Origin: Octopus vulgaris | Taxonomy: Eukaryota | Assembly: GCA_951406725.2 (NCBI GenBank) | Contig: OX597823.1 | Coordinates: 33,232,001 to 33,296,000 of the forward strand | Direction of reading: 5' to 3' | DNA length: 64,000 nucleotides | Part shown: positions 52,425 through 64,000 of the stretch, one piece after another | Position numbering within the stretch: the stretch's first letter is position 1 | Layout: each line of letters starts with the position of its first letter | The notes under the pieces: generated by a model | Database searches by the model: none | Told to the model about the DNA's origin: nothing | Seen by the model: only the letters and a program-made list of their open reading frames with translations | Made by a program: the position numbers and the translations under genes

Positions 52425-52612
52425 CGTATAGACATATGCATAAATACATACATGACAGACGCACACACACACACAATGGCAAGGTATGAATAAAATTTAA
52501 ATATTGACAATGTCATACATAATTATCGACTGTGTGTTTATGTGAATCACCGTTTAGCATTGACCTCACTTTATATTAATAATTAAGAGAATATCAATAA
52601 GAGAGAGAGAGG

Positions 52613-52660
<48 letters not shown>

Positions 52661-52672
52661 ATACATATATAT

Positions 52673-52713
<41 letters not shown>

Positions 52714-53291
52714 CAGCCTACATACATACACACATACATGCACATTTATATATAACTACAGACATGCATACAGGCATGGATATATACAATGTACATACAC
52801 AAACACGTACATATATATATACTTACTAACAAACACACACACACACACATATATATGCATACGTATACTTATATATGTATACATGCATACATGCATACAT
52901 GCATACATATGTTCATACACATTCGAAATATGGAAAACATTCATGAAGGCCAATGTGAAATAGGATCCACAATCTGCAATGTTACCCATCGCTGTCTCCA
53001 TATCTACATGTGTACAAACATATTTATATGCAGACATGTTTACACACACACACACACATATATGCCTGCATGCATACATATATATACGTGCAAGATTACC
53101 CTGTTTAATGTTGCCTAAATTCCAATGAAAGAGCCTGGTGTCTAGGCTAGAAAACCAATTATTTCTCTAGTGATGAATAATTTGAAAAATAAATGAGGAA
53201 AATTTAAATAAACACCCCCCTCCACACACATACATACACACAATACATATATGTCAATGACTGCCTCTTTCTCACTGAGTGTGTGCGTGTA

Positions 53292-53326
<35 letters not shown>

Positions 53327-53329
53327 GTA

Positions 53330-53615
53330 AATGAAAGAATGGAGTCGAACGACGATTTAACAAAATTCCTTTAAACAGTATCCTTGAGATCCGGTTACCT
53401 TAACCGATACCGCAAATGGAGTTGTTCGACATTAACGCATCCCTTAAGGACATACCAATACCACTGAAAGAAACCTTCCTTAAGGAAATTGTTAACAAAA
53501 CAAATGCATTTATTGCCCTTAGCATGTAGCTTCAACCGTGTTTTCTGACGTAAATTTGCTACCCGGGTATCGGTTAACCGAATTATCCATACTAGGATAA
53601 TTCACTCAACTACTT
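53330..53615. other. Highly self-complementary element between two (TA)n tracts
   Basis: At least six complementary segment pairs of 5-15 bp, several mutually crossing (see findings). Confidence 0.55.
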
Positions 53616-53725
53616 ATATATATACATATATATATATATGTAGGTCCCGGGTTGATTCGGGGTTAACCACAGTAAATAAGGTACTCAATACATAGCAGAG
53701 TAAAATTAATTTATTATATAGAAGG

Positions 53726-53776
53726 AGCTTCTACAGGACTAGAACTGTTTCATTCAAGAGAAATCTTCAGGAAGCT
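53726..53776 (-). ncRNA. Intact type I hammerhead ribozyme
   Basis: AGCTTC-CTGAAGA-TTTC tctt GAAT-GAAAC-AG ttctagtc CT-GTA-GAAGCT; perfect 6-bp stem I and a stem III able to fold as a monomer. Confidence 0.88.
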
Positions 53777-54041
53777 AGTTAACAAGAATTGTATTGGCAT
53801 TTATACATTTAGGCAGGTTTATAGGGGTGGTGGTGGGGGACTTTTGGGGGTAGGCATAGCGCAAAAAAATCATACTTGGGGGAGTGGTCAAGGAGTCAGT
53901 GGTAAATTAGATAGAAGAATAAATAAAAGAATAAAAAAAGAATAAAAAAAAAAAAATTATATAGAAGAATAGAGTTTTAGGTAAATAAGGAAATTCTCAA
54001 CACACACACATATACATACACACATACATACACACACACCC

Positions 54042-54088
<47 letters not shown>

Positions 54089-54362
54089 TATACATACATA
54101 TATCTACACACATATATATCCATATATATATATATATACATATACATATACATACATACACATATACATGCATATACATATACACACACACATGTATATA
54201 TACACACACACGACCACACATACACATACACCCAAAAAAATATATATACATACACACACATACACATACTCACATACACACACATATCCACATACACACA
54301 TGCACACACAACACACAAGTCCCTATATACTCATATATACATATACACATATATGTATGTAT

Positions 54363-54408
<46 letters not shown>

Positions 54409-54789
54409 ACATATGTGTACCCATTCATACACATATATGTATGTATACACACACACACACATACACATATATACACATACATACATACATATGTGTACCT
54501 ATTCATACCTACACATACACACATATATACATACAATTACAAACCCATTCCCTAATTTTAATTTTATTATCTTCATTTATTACTTTTGTTATCTTTGACC
54601 GCTGGTCACAAACATCTTGGCTAGTCCCTTTTATCTTTCTACTTGAGCACAAGCACTCACTCACGCACGCACACTCATTAGCACGCACACACACTCTCAT
54701 TCGTACACTCATACACATACACGCACGCACGCGTTATATTCATACATACATACATCTACATACATACACGTATATACACATACATTGCT

Positions 54790-56530
54790 TGAGGATATCT
54801 TTGTTGGGGACATGATTCTGCCATTTGATGCGAAGGATTTTCCGGAGGCAGCGCAGGTGAAAGATATTTAGGCGACGTATGGCGTCATATGGCGTGTGTA
54901 TGGCGTTCAAGTCTCACTTCCATACAGTAGAGTGCTAAGTACACATGCCTGGTAAATCTTCATTTTTGTGGTCTTGGTCAGCTTATTGTTGTCCCATGCC
55001 CGTTTGGAGAGTTGGGCCATCACAGCAGCTGCCTTGCCAAAGCGTATATTGAGCTCAGTATCAAGGGATAGGTTGTAGGTGACGGTAGAGCCAAGATAGG
55101 TAAACTTCTCCACCTCCTGTAGTCTGTGGTCTCCAATATGTATGTTTGGGATGGTCGATGTAGCCTGACCCATGATGTTGGTCTTCTTGAGGCTAATAAA
55201 TAAGCCAAAGTTGCCACATGCTTGCTCAAAACAGTTGATAAGCCTTTATAGGGCTTCTGTGTGTCATACCAGAGCGGCATCATCAGCAAATAGCATCTTC
55301 TTGATCAGGACGCTTCTGATTTTGGTCTTGGCACGCAGACGCGAGAGATTGAACAGTTTTCTATCACTTCTACTGTGCAGAAACACTACATCATCTGATG
55401 TCACAAAGGCATGTGACAGCAGCAGCGAGAAGATGCCAAATAATGTAGGAGCAAGGACACAACCTTGCTTTACCCCATTTTTTTATTTGGAAGGCGGCTG
55501 ATGTTGAACCATTGTGCTGTATGGTGCCTTGCATATCATCATGGAAAGATGTGATGATCCTCAGCAGCTTTGGTGGACATCCGATTTTTTGGAGCAGGAT
55601 TAAGAGGCCTTTTCTACTTACCAAGTCAAAGGCCTTTGTCAGATCAATGAAGGCCTTATATAATGGCATTTTCTGCTCCCTGGACTTCTCCTGAAGTTGG
55701 CGTATGGAGAATATCATGTCAGTAGTTGATCTGCTTCTAAAGCCACACTGCGATTCTGGATAAATTCGAGAAGCAAGCAGTTGCAGCCTGGACAGGATAA
55801 TGCGAGCAGAGGCCTTTCCAACAGTGCTTAGAAGAGATATTCCACGGTAATTGTTACAATCATCACGGTCACCTTTGTTTTTGTAAAGCGTAATGATGTT
55901 AGCATCTCGCATATCCTGAGGGACTGTACCCTCTTCCCAGCACTGACAGAGAAGCTCATGAATGTGCCGAAGCAGGATGGTGTTTTTGCCGGTTTTGATG
56001 ATCTCTTCGAGTGACTTTATAGAAGAATCACTCTTGTATTACATCAGAGCTGCCCGCTTTGTTTCGATAACTGTTTCCAGCTCTGAGAGCCCAGCACTGA
56101 ACAAAATCTGGGTTTTGCCTTTCTCTCATGCCGAAAGTATCTATTGATGTGGTATACAAAGCTTCCCTGATATAATTCCACCTACTTTCAGCAGAGGTGG
56201 TTGGGCAGCTACTGAGGGCAACTTTGATAGAAACAGCAAAACATTGTCGCAGTGTAGGGTCGGAGGTTCTGGCAGTGTTAATGCGTGGTCGGCCCATTTT
56301 CTTGGAGTGATAGACTTTTTAGGCAGAATCCTCACCCTACTTCTTATTAGTGAATGATCTGTGTCACAATCCGCGCTGTAGTGACTACGAGTCAGTTGAA
56401 CATAATTCAGAAAGGGTCTTCGTGTAATGATGAGATCCATTGGCAAAGAATGTGTTAGTGATGCACAGGTTATGGTATGTGCAAATTCAAGTAGTCTCTG
56501 GCCATTGTCATTCATGTTGCCAATACCAAA
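54790..56530 (-). mobile_element. Decayed RTE LINE, BovB-like family B (APE end plus RT)
   Basis: SADCDTDHSLI (APE C-terminus), MRDANIITLYKNKGDR..CNNYRGISLLS, PESQCGFR, FIDLTKAFD, LFADD, FTYLGS, YQACVLSTLLYGSET. Confidence 0.93.
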
Positions 56531-56611
56531 ACACATACACTTACATATATACATATATACATACATATATATACGATCGATTTGTTTCAGTTCCTGTCTG
56601 CGAAATCCATG

Positions 56612-56677
<66 letters not shown>

Positions 56678-57346
56678 CATATATGCATACACACTCATAC
56701 ATACATATATATTTGGAATTTACAAAAGAAACGAACAAAAGACAAAGACTGGTGTGTAAACAGTAAACAGGTTTATTAGTTTTCTTAAACATTAAAATAT
56801 AATTTTTTAGAATATAAAAGCTTTTTGAAAATACGGTCCGATTAGATCATTAGATCCAATGAACACTTATGCACAAACCTGTAATTTTAAATTATTTTTT
56901 TATAGTAGAGAGTGGAATATTCCCATTGGCTATTATTTGCATGATTAACTAAAGTTAACCTTTCAATGAATTTCATTTCTTATTTAAACGTGGTTTAAAA
57001 ATCTGTTACTTATTCATCGATACTCAAAAACTGAACTTTCACACCAACTGAATACTCACCATGTAGTGCCGTCGGTTTGTTTGTTGAACTCTACTACTTA
57101 GGTGCGTGTGAATTTGCTTCTGTGATTATTGTTATTTGTTACTGTGAATATTATTATTGGTTTTCAAAAAAAAAAAAAGAACTGTTAATTGCTTTCTTTG
57201 AAAGCTAATTCTTGAAATTCCCCCATGCGGGGGAATTATTGTTATTCTGTGGCTATTTAAACCATTTTTGTGAAAAGGCTTCTGAAGCCATCTCTTGCGA
57301 AAGGCTTTTTAAGCCAATTTTTGAAAGGCTTTTTAGCCAACTCATT

Positions 57347-58590
57347 ATGGAAACACCAATTTCCTACTCACCTGTGTCAGGTGAAGAAGACAGTCCACCG
57401 GCGATAACGCCAGAAAAACAAAAGGGAAATACACCAGCTACCCCACCAAAGAAATTTGCAGAGGTAGCGGGAAAAAAAGTGAAGAAAATAAATACAGAAA
57501 GGTCCAACGTGGAGAAATATACACACGTATTAAAAAGGAATGGAACAGAAATAACAGTAGCTGCAACAGAGGAAGAGACAGATGCTGTAAACAGGATAAG
57601 AATAATTTATAAAACATACAGCATAGAAAAGAAAATGATACAACGAATTGAAGAGAGCAAAGTAGAAAAGTGCCTCAAAGCAATCTTACCGGAAATCACA
57701 TACATCAACCGAGGAAAAAGATTCGGTACGGTGGAGGTAAGATTCAGAACGGAGGAGGCAGCAAAGAGGTTCTCGTCAGAGACATTGAGATCAGAGGAGA
57801 TGGTTCTTCTCCCAATATATATGGGAAGAAGAACCTCAAAAATAAATATAAATAATATCCCCCCTGAGGTTGATGCCACTTGCTTAGTGGCAGCAATAAC
57901 CCTAGGCCTGGAGGAGAAAATAAATATTCTCGAGGCCTCAGTGGTAGAGGAAGACCGGTGGAAAGGCCAGAGTTTGACAATGGCAATTCAAGCCGAGGTG
58001 ACTACACTCGAGGAAATCCCAGAAACCATAAATGTTGGCGGAGGAGAGCGACTCATAGTCCACGTAGAAGGCAGAAAGCTGAGGTGCTTCAACTGCGGAT
58101 TGAAGGGCCATATAAGGGCCGAGTGCCCACCAAAAGAAAAGGAAAGAAGGGAGGAAGCACTGGAGGAGACAACAGCGATACCAACAGAAGCACCAGTACC
58201 AACACCTAAAGTTGTATCACCAACAACGGAAGAAAGTGAAGAGAAAGACAGAGGAGGGTTGGTCGAAATTTTCTAAGAAAAAGAAAAACAAAACACAGTC
58301 CACCCCTCCCAAAGGGAATTTAAAAAAGAAAGAAAACACATACATGGCCATAAAGGCCTCAAATAATAGACTGGTCAACCGTTTGGCAGTTATCCCAACT
58401 GCCAAACGAGTTGAAAAAACGAATTCAAAAGACTTTCATATCTACAGGATAGGCCGGAAGGATTACGGGCGGATTAAGTCCGAATTTTTCCACGACGTAG
58501 GCCCTCTAAGAATGGATTTTTCTCCATATATTTACGAGGGCTTACGTCCAAATACGTCACGAACTCGGGAAAAAGAAAAAATTCTCGTAT
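57347..58590 (+). CDS. Gag-like ORF1 of a Tx1/L1-clade LINE (RRM-like region plus CCHC zinc knuckle); one frameshift near 58250, no ORF2
   Basis: ATG at 57347 (METPISYSP), about 310 open codons, RCFNCGLKGHIRAEC knuckle. The EEGWSKFSKKKK continuation is in the second frame (58212-58590) and runs into (TA)n. Confidence 0.8.
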
Positions 58591-58597
58591 TATATAC

Positions 58598-58660
<63 letters not shown>

Positions 58661-59327
58661 CACACTGCCGATCTTTATATTGACCAGTCTCCGAGTATAA
58701 CTTCCACGCTTGCACGCAAGCCGGTTTACTGCACTTTAGTTGCTTGTTGATGTTCGAAAAGGAAACTTTTTGCTGTAATATACGATTTTTGCTTTCGTGA
58801 CTGGACTAAGGCTACGTTGTTTTCCCATTATTAATAAATTGTATAATAACATTAAATTATAACTTTATATGGTGCATTTAGGCTCGTTGTGTGACCACCA
58901 ATTTTGGCCAAAAAAATTGCATACATATTACATGGTCTTAAACTAATTTTGACGGTAAATTTGAAACGTTTATATTACGTTCTGAGTTCAAATTCCGCCG
59001 AAGTCGACTTTGCCTTTCATCCTTTCGGGGTCGATAAATTAAGTACCAGTTACGCACTGGGGTCGATGTAATCGACTTAATCCGTTTGTCTGTCCTTGTT
59101 TGTCCCCTCTATGTTTAGCCCCTTGTGGGCAGTAAAGAAATATATATTAATTTAGCATTAGAATTCGTCAAGTTGTATAAAAATTGTTTGCATCATTCGA
59201 AAGAGAAATAAATTTTGCATAAGGTGTAAAAGATATAAATAATTTGTATGGTGTAAGTAACAAAATATTTTGTAAGAAATAGAACTTTTATCGTCGGTCT
59301 TAATTATATTTTCGCCGGTGTATATAT

Positions 59328-60270
59328 CTCAGGTCATCCCATAAGTTCTGTCCGAATTTTGGATAAAGAATCCAAGTGATCAAATATTATATTTAATTGA
59401 AAGTTAATCATCAATGTACTTTCCCTGATTATCTATGACTTACTTCCATCTATTTACAAGCTTTTTAATCCCATCAATGTAAAATTCTTTTGGTTTCAAA
59501 GCGAAGAACTCTGAATTGTCAGGTTCGACCTCCTCCTGGCTTGCGAAAGTTGTGTCCCCCTAATAATTCTGTAAACTATGAAATAAAGGTCGGGAGAATA
59601 AGTTGGATGAAGAATTTTTTCCAAACCAACCTCTTCGATCTTCTGTGATGTGATCTTTGCAGTGTAGGGTTGCGCATTGTCCTGATGAAACATCACTCGT
59701 TTTCAACTCACTAAAGCGGCTCTTTTTTCCCTGAAAGCTTGGTTCAAACGCTCTAATTGCTGACAGTAGACTTGAGCATTGATTGTTGCATTAGGTGGTA
59801 ATAATATATAGTGAATTACGCCTTTGCAATCCCACCAGATAGAGTAGAACCTTTTTCCCATGAAGTTCTCTTCTCGGTTGTGGTTGAGCATTTTCCCTTT
59901 TACCAAGCCACTGTTTACAACGTTTAACATTCCGATAGAAAATCCATTTTTCGTCACAAGTCTATCGAAAAAGGGTGAAATGAGTTTGCGAGAATGGAGA
60001 GAAGAGCAGATGTCCACGTTGTTGAAGATGACGATGAACTGTTGTATGGTTTGAAGTAAGTTTTATTGCCAATTCTTCAACTGATAATGACGGATTTTCT
60101 TCAAGTAATGCCTCAAGGAGCTTATCATCAAACTCAACTGGACATCCTATTCGATCTTCATCTTCAATTTTGCAAACGATCTCCTGCAAGTTCTTTCATT
60201 CAAGCACTTTCCCATAAACTGAGTGTATGTTTCGAGTCACTTCGGTTGCAGAGTTACCTTTATTGTACTC
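59328..60270 (-). mobile_element. Decayed mariner element, 5' end interrupted by RTE
   Basis: GNSATEVTRNIHSVYG, IWWDCKGVIHY, FHQDNAQPYT, HPTYSPDL; TIR-like end at 59328. Confidence 0.9.
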
Positions 60271-60274
60271 CTCA

Positions 60275-61161
<887 letters not shown>

Positions 61162-61432
61162 ATGTATGCATATATGTATATAAATGGAGGTCTCTCAGGT
61201 GTTTTGCACCTAATACACCTGTCTTCGTCTTTTGTTATTTTGTAAATTTCAACAAAATCATACCTACAGGCATGCACATACCTACACATACACACACATA
61301 CCTCCTTCTCTTGCACTCTCCTGTCTTGGAAAGAACTTTTTCTTTACTCATTCCCTTCTGGTCATTTCAATATGTGACCTCATGTGTATTGTTGGCGATT
61401 TTCTTTCTCTGTCTTCTTTGGACTTTTTCTAT

Positions 61433-61467
61433 ATTTCTGATGAAGAGCTCCACTCAAAACATGAAAT
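61433..61467 (+). ncRNA. CpG-decayed minimal hammerhead in a Penelope-like fragment (61300-61575)
   Basis: ATTT-CTGATGA-A-GAGC tcc ACTC-AAAAC-ATG-AAAT; the element ends in (TA)n. Confidence 0.55.
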
Positions 61468-61577
61468 CCTCTTTCTTTTCTTTCCTTTCCTGAAAGTCCA
61501 ATAACACAGTATTTGTTCCACATCCCCGCATTGTTGCTTTTTCTTGCTTGCTCTTGTTTGGATTGACTATATATATA

Positions 61578-63843
61578 GGGACCAGTTATTGAATTGATAG
61601 TACCTTGGTAGATAAAGCAATTAAGAGTATGAAGATAGGGAAAGCCCCAGGCCCATCAAGAATCACCACAGAGATGCTCAAAATATCTGGCGGTGTTGGC
61701 TATAACCTAGTCACCTGTATAGTTAACCAGGTGATACATAAAGGAGTGATACCCTATGACTGGTGTAGCAGTGCCATAGTCAACTGCTACGAAGGTAAAG
61801 GTGACGCTTTAGATACAAATAATTACAGAGGTATCAAGTTGTTGGATCAGGTAATGAAGGTCACGGACAGGGTCATAGCCCAACTAATTAGGGAGAGAGT
61901 CAGTTCAGATGAGATGCAGTTTGGTTTCATGCCAAGGAAAAGCACCACTTATGTTGTATTTCTGGTAAGACAGCTGCAGGAGAAATACCTAACCAAAGAT
62001 AAACCTCTGTACCAGGCTTTTGGTGACATAGAGAAAGCCTTTGACAGGGCCCCCAGATGCCTTATCAGGTGGTCAATGGGGAAACTAGGGATTGATGAAT
62101 AGTTAGTGAGAGCTGTGAAAGCCATGTACAGGGATGCTGTCAGTAAGGTGAGGGTTGTCAATGAGTACAGTGAAGAATTCCAGGTAGAGGTAGGGGACCA
62201 CCAAGGTTCAGTCCTCAGCCCTCTCTTATTTATCATAGTCCTCCAGGCTATACGGAGGAATTCAAGACAGGATGCCCCTGGGAGCTTCTCTATGCTGATG
62301 ATCTTACTCTAATTGCTGAGTCACTATCAGAACTAGAGGAGAAGTTTCAAGTGTGGAAACAAGGATTAGAATCGAAGGGCCTTAGAATCAACCTAGCTAA
62401 AACCAAAGTCCTAATATGTAGAAAGGCAGGCAAACCACAAAACCCTTCAGGTAGATTGCCCTGCTCGATCTGTAGAAAAGGCGTAGGTAGAAACTCTATA
62501 AGATGTACCCAGGGTAAGCTATGGACACATAAGAGGTGCAGCAATATCAAAGGAAGGCTAACTGGGAAGATAGTTTTTGTATGTGGCAGATGCTCAGGAG
62601 CAATAAACACTGAAAACGTGCAGAGAACAACTTCTGCCACATTCCAGGGAGAAAAACTAGAAGTAGTTGATAGCTTCCGTTACCTAGGTGACCAAGTCAG
62701 TAGCGGGGGAGAGTGCACTGAAAGTGTAGCTGCAATAATAAGAATAGCCTGGGCAAAGTTCAGAGAGCTCTTACCTTTGCTGGTTACAAAGGGCTTCTCG
62801 CTCAGAGTAAAAGGTAGACTGTATGACGCATGTGTATGAATAGCCATGCTACATGGCAGTGAAACATGGGCTGTGACTGCTGAGGACATGTGTAAGCTCA
62901 CAAGGAATGAAGCCAGCATGCTTCGCTGGATGTGTAATGTCAATGTGCATACTTGACAGAGTGTAAGTACCTTGAGAAAAAAATTGGACCTAAGAAGCAA
63001 CAGATGTGGTGTATAAGAGAGACGACTGTGCTGGTGTGGTCATGTGGTGAGAATAGATGAAGATAGCTATGTGAAAAAGTACCACACCCTAGCAGTTGAG
63101 GGAACCTGTGGAAGAGGTAGACCCAGGAAGACCTAGGATGAAGTGTTGAAGCACGACCTTCGAATATTAGGCCTCACCGAGGCAATGATTAGTGATTGAG
63201 ACCTTTGGAAATATGCTGTGCTTGAGAAGACCCAGCAAGCCAAGTGGAACCATAACCCATAGCTTATGCTAGGGGTGTAACCAGCCCACTTATGAGTACC
63301 TTTCCTTCATTGGACACTAAACTCTGCTTGCGAAGACCTGTTGAGGCAAGTGAAATCAAAATCGAAATCAAATTCAATGACTAGCATCCGTACTAGTGGA
63401 GTGCTAGAGCACAATCCAAGCATGATCATTGCCAGAGCAGTTGACTGGCTTCCATGCTGGTGGCATGTAAAAAGCAGCATTCGAGCATGCTCGTTACCAT
63501 CATTACCTAACTGGCACTTGTGCTGGTGGTACGTGAAAAACAACATCAAAGCGAGGTCACTGCCAGTGCCACTGGACTGGCTCCTGTGCAGGTGGCATGT
63601 AAAAAACCGCATTTGAGCATGGCCGTTGCCAGTACTGCCTGACTGGCCCTCGTGCAGGTGGTATGTAAAAGTACCCACTACACTCTCAGAGTGGTTGGCG
63701 TTAGGAAGGGCATCAAGCTTTAGAAACTCTGCCAGATCAGATTGGAGCTTGATGCAGCCATCTGGTTCACTAGTGCTCAGTCAAATCGTCCAATCCATGC
63801 CAGCATGGAAAGCAGACGTTGAACGATGATGATGATGACGATG
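61578..63843 (+). mobile_element. Longest RTE family A copy (RT, PHD-like finger, thumb, 3' UTR, (ATG)n tail)
   Basis: ORFs 61605-62102, 62106-62312 and 62351-62839 with RT motifs (GKAPGP, NYRGIKLL, QGSVLSP, YADD); stops and frameshifts. Confidence 0.95.
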
Positions 63844-64000
63844 ATATATGGTTATGGGGGAGCCTAAAGTTATTAGTGAAAGACAGCTGTGGACATTCAT
63901 CTATGACTGCCTGCAAATATGTTTGTGTATGTATGTCTGTTAATGTTTAATATTCCAAGGCCATTATTGTTGTCTCAATTTGATCTGTTGCAACATTCTG

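Noticed and set aside
58659-59322. Possible Tc1-like non-autonomous element with imperfect TIRs
   Set aside because: Terminal match too weak to call.
63380-63680. CRISPR-like regularly spaced repeats
   Set aside because: Degenerate tandem units of the RTE 3' UTR without unique spacers; eukaryotic context, no cas genes.

Overview
AT-rich, microsatellite-dense animal genomic DNA. The repeat repertoire (tRNA-derived Nin/Deu-domain SINEs, RTE LINEs with (ATG)n tails, mariner/Tc1, Helitrons) suggests a cephalopod, probably Octopus; this is inference. Most ORFs in the track are microsatellite or antisense-transposon artefacts. Three things are supported by the sequence. (1) A minus-strand host gene with very large introns: exons 21406-21472, 4976-5099 and 3966-4015 have canonical splice sites and splice in phase to an unassigned C-terminus, with weaker upstream exon candidates at 22.0, 37.9 and 57.1 kb. 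(2) Many decayed transposons: two RTE families, one with a PHD-like finger inside the RT region; mariner and Tc1 elements; a Helitron Rep fragment; three non-autonomous Helitrons; a solo-LTR-like element with a tRNA-Trp PBS; and a nearly intact Tx1/L1-type ORF1 with no ORF2. (3) The main hidden signal: about 16 minimal type I hammerhead ribozyme motifs from many unrelated small, often (TA)n-anchored, Penelope-like elements. They carry family-specific palindromic stem III sequences. Two are intact (52111-52197 +, 53726-53776 -), two pairs sit in divergent inverted repeats, and a U6 core variant recurs. An unexplained, heavily self-complementary 290-bp element lies at 53330-53615. Coordinates were counted by eye and no database search was possible.
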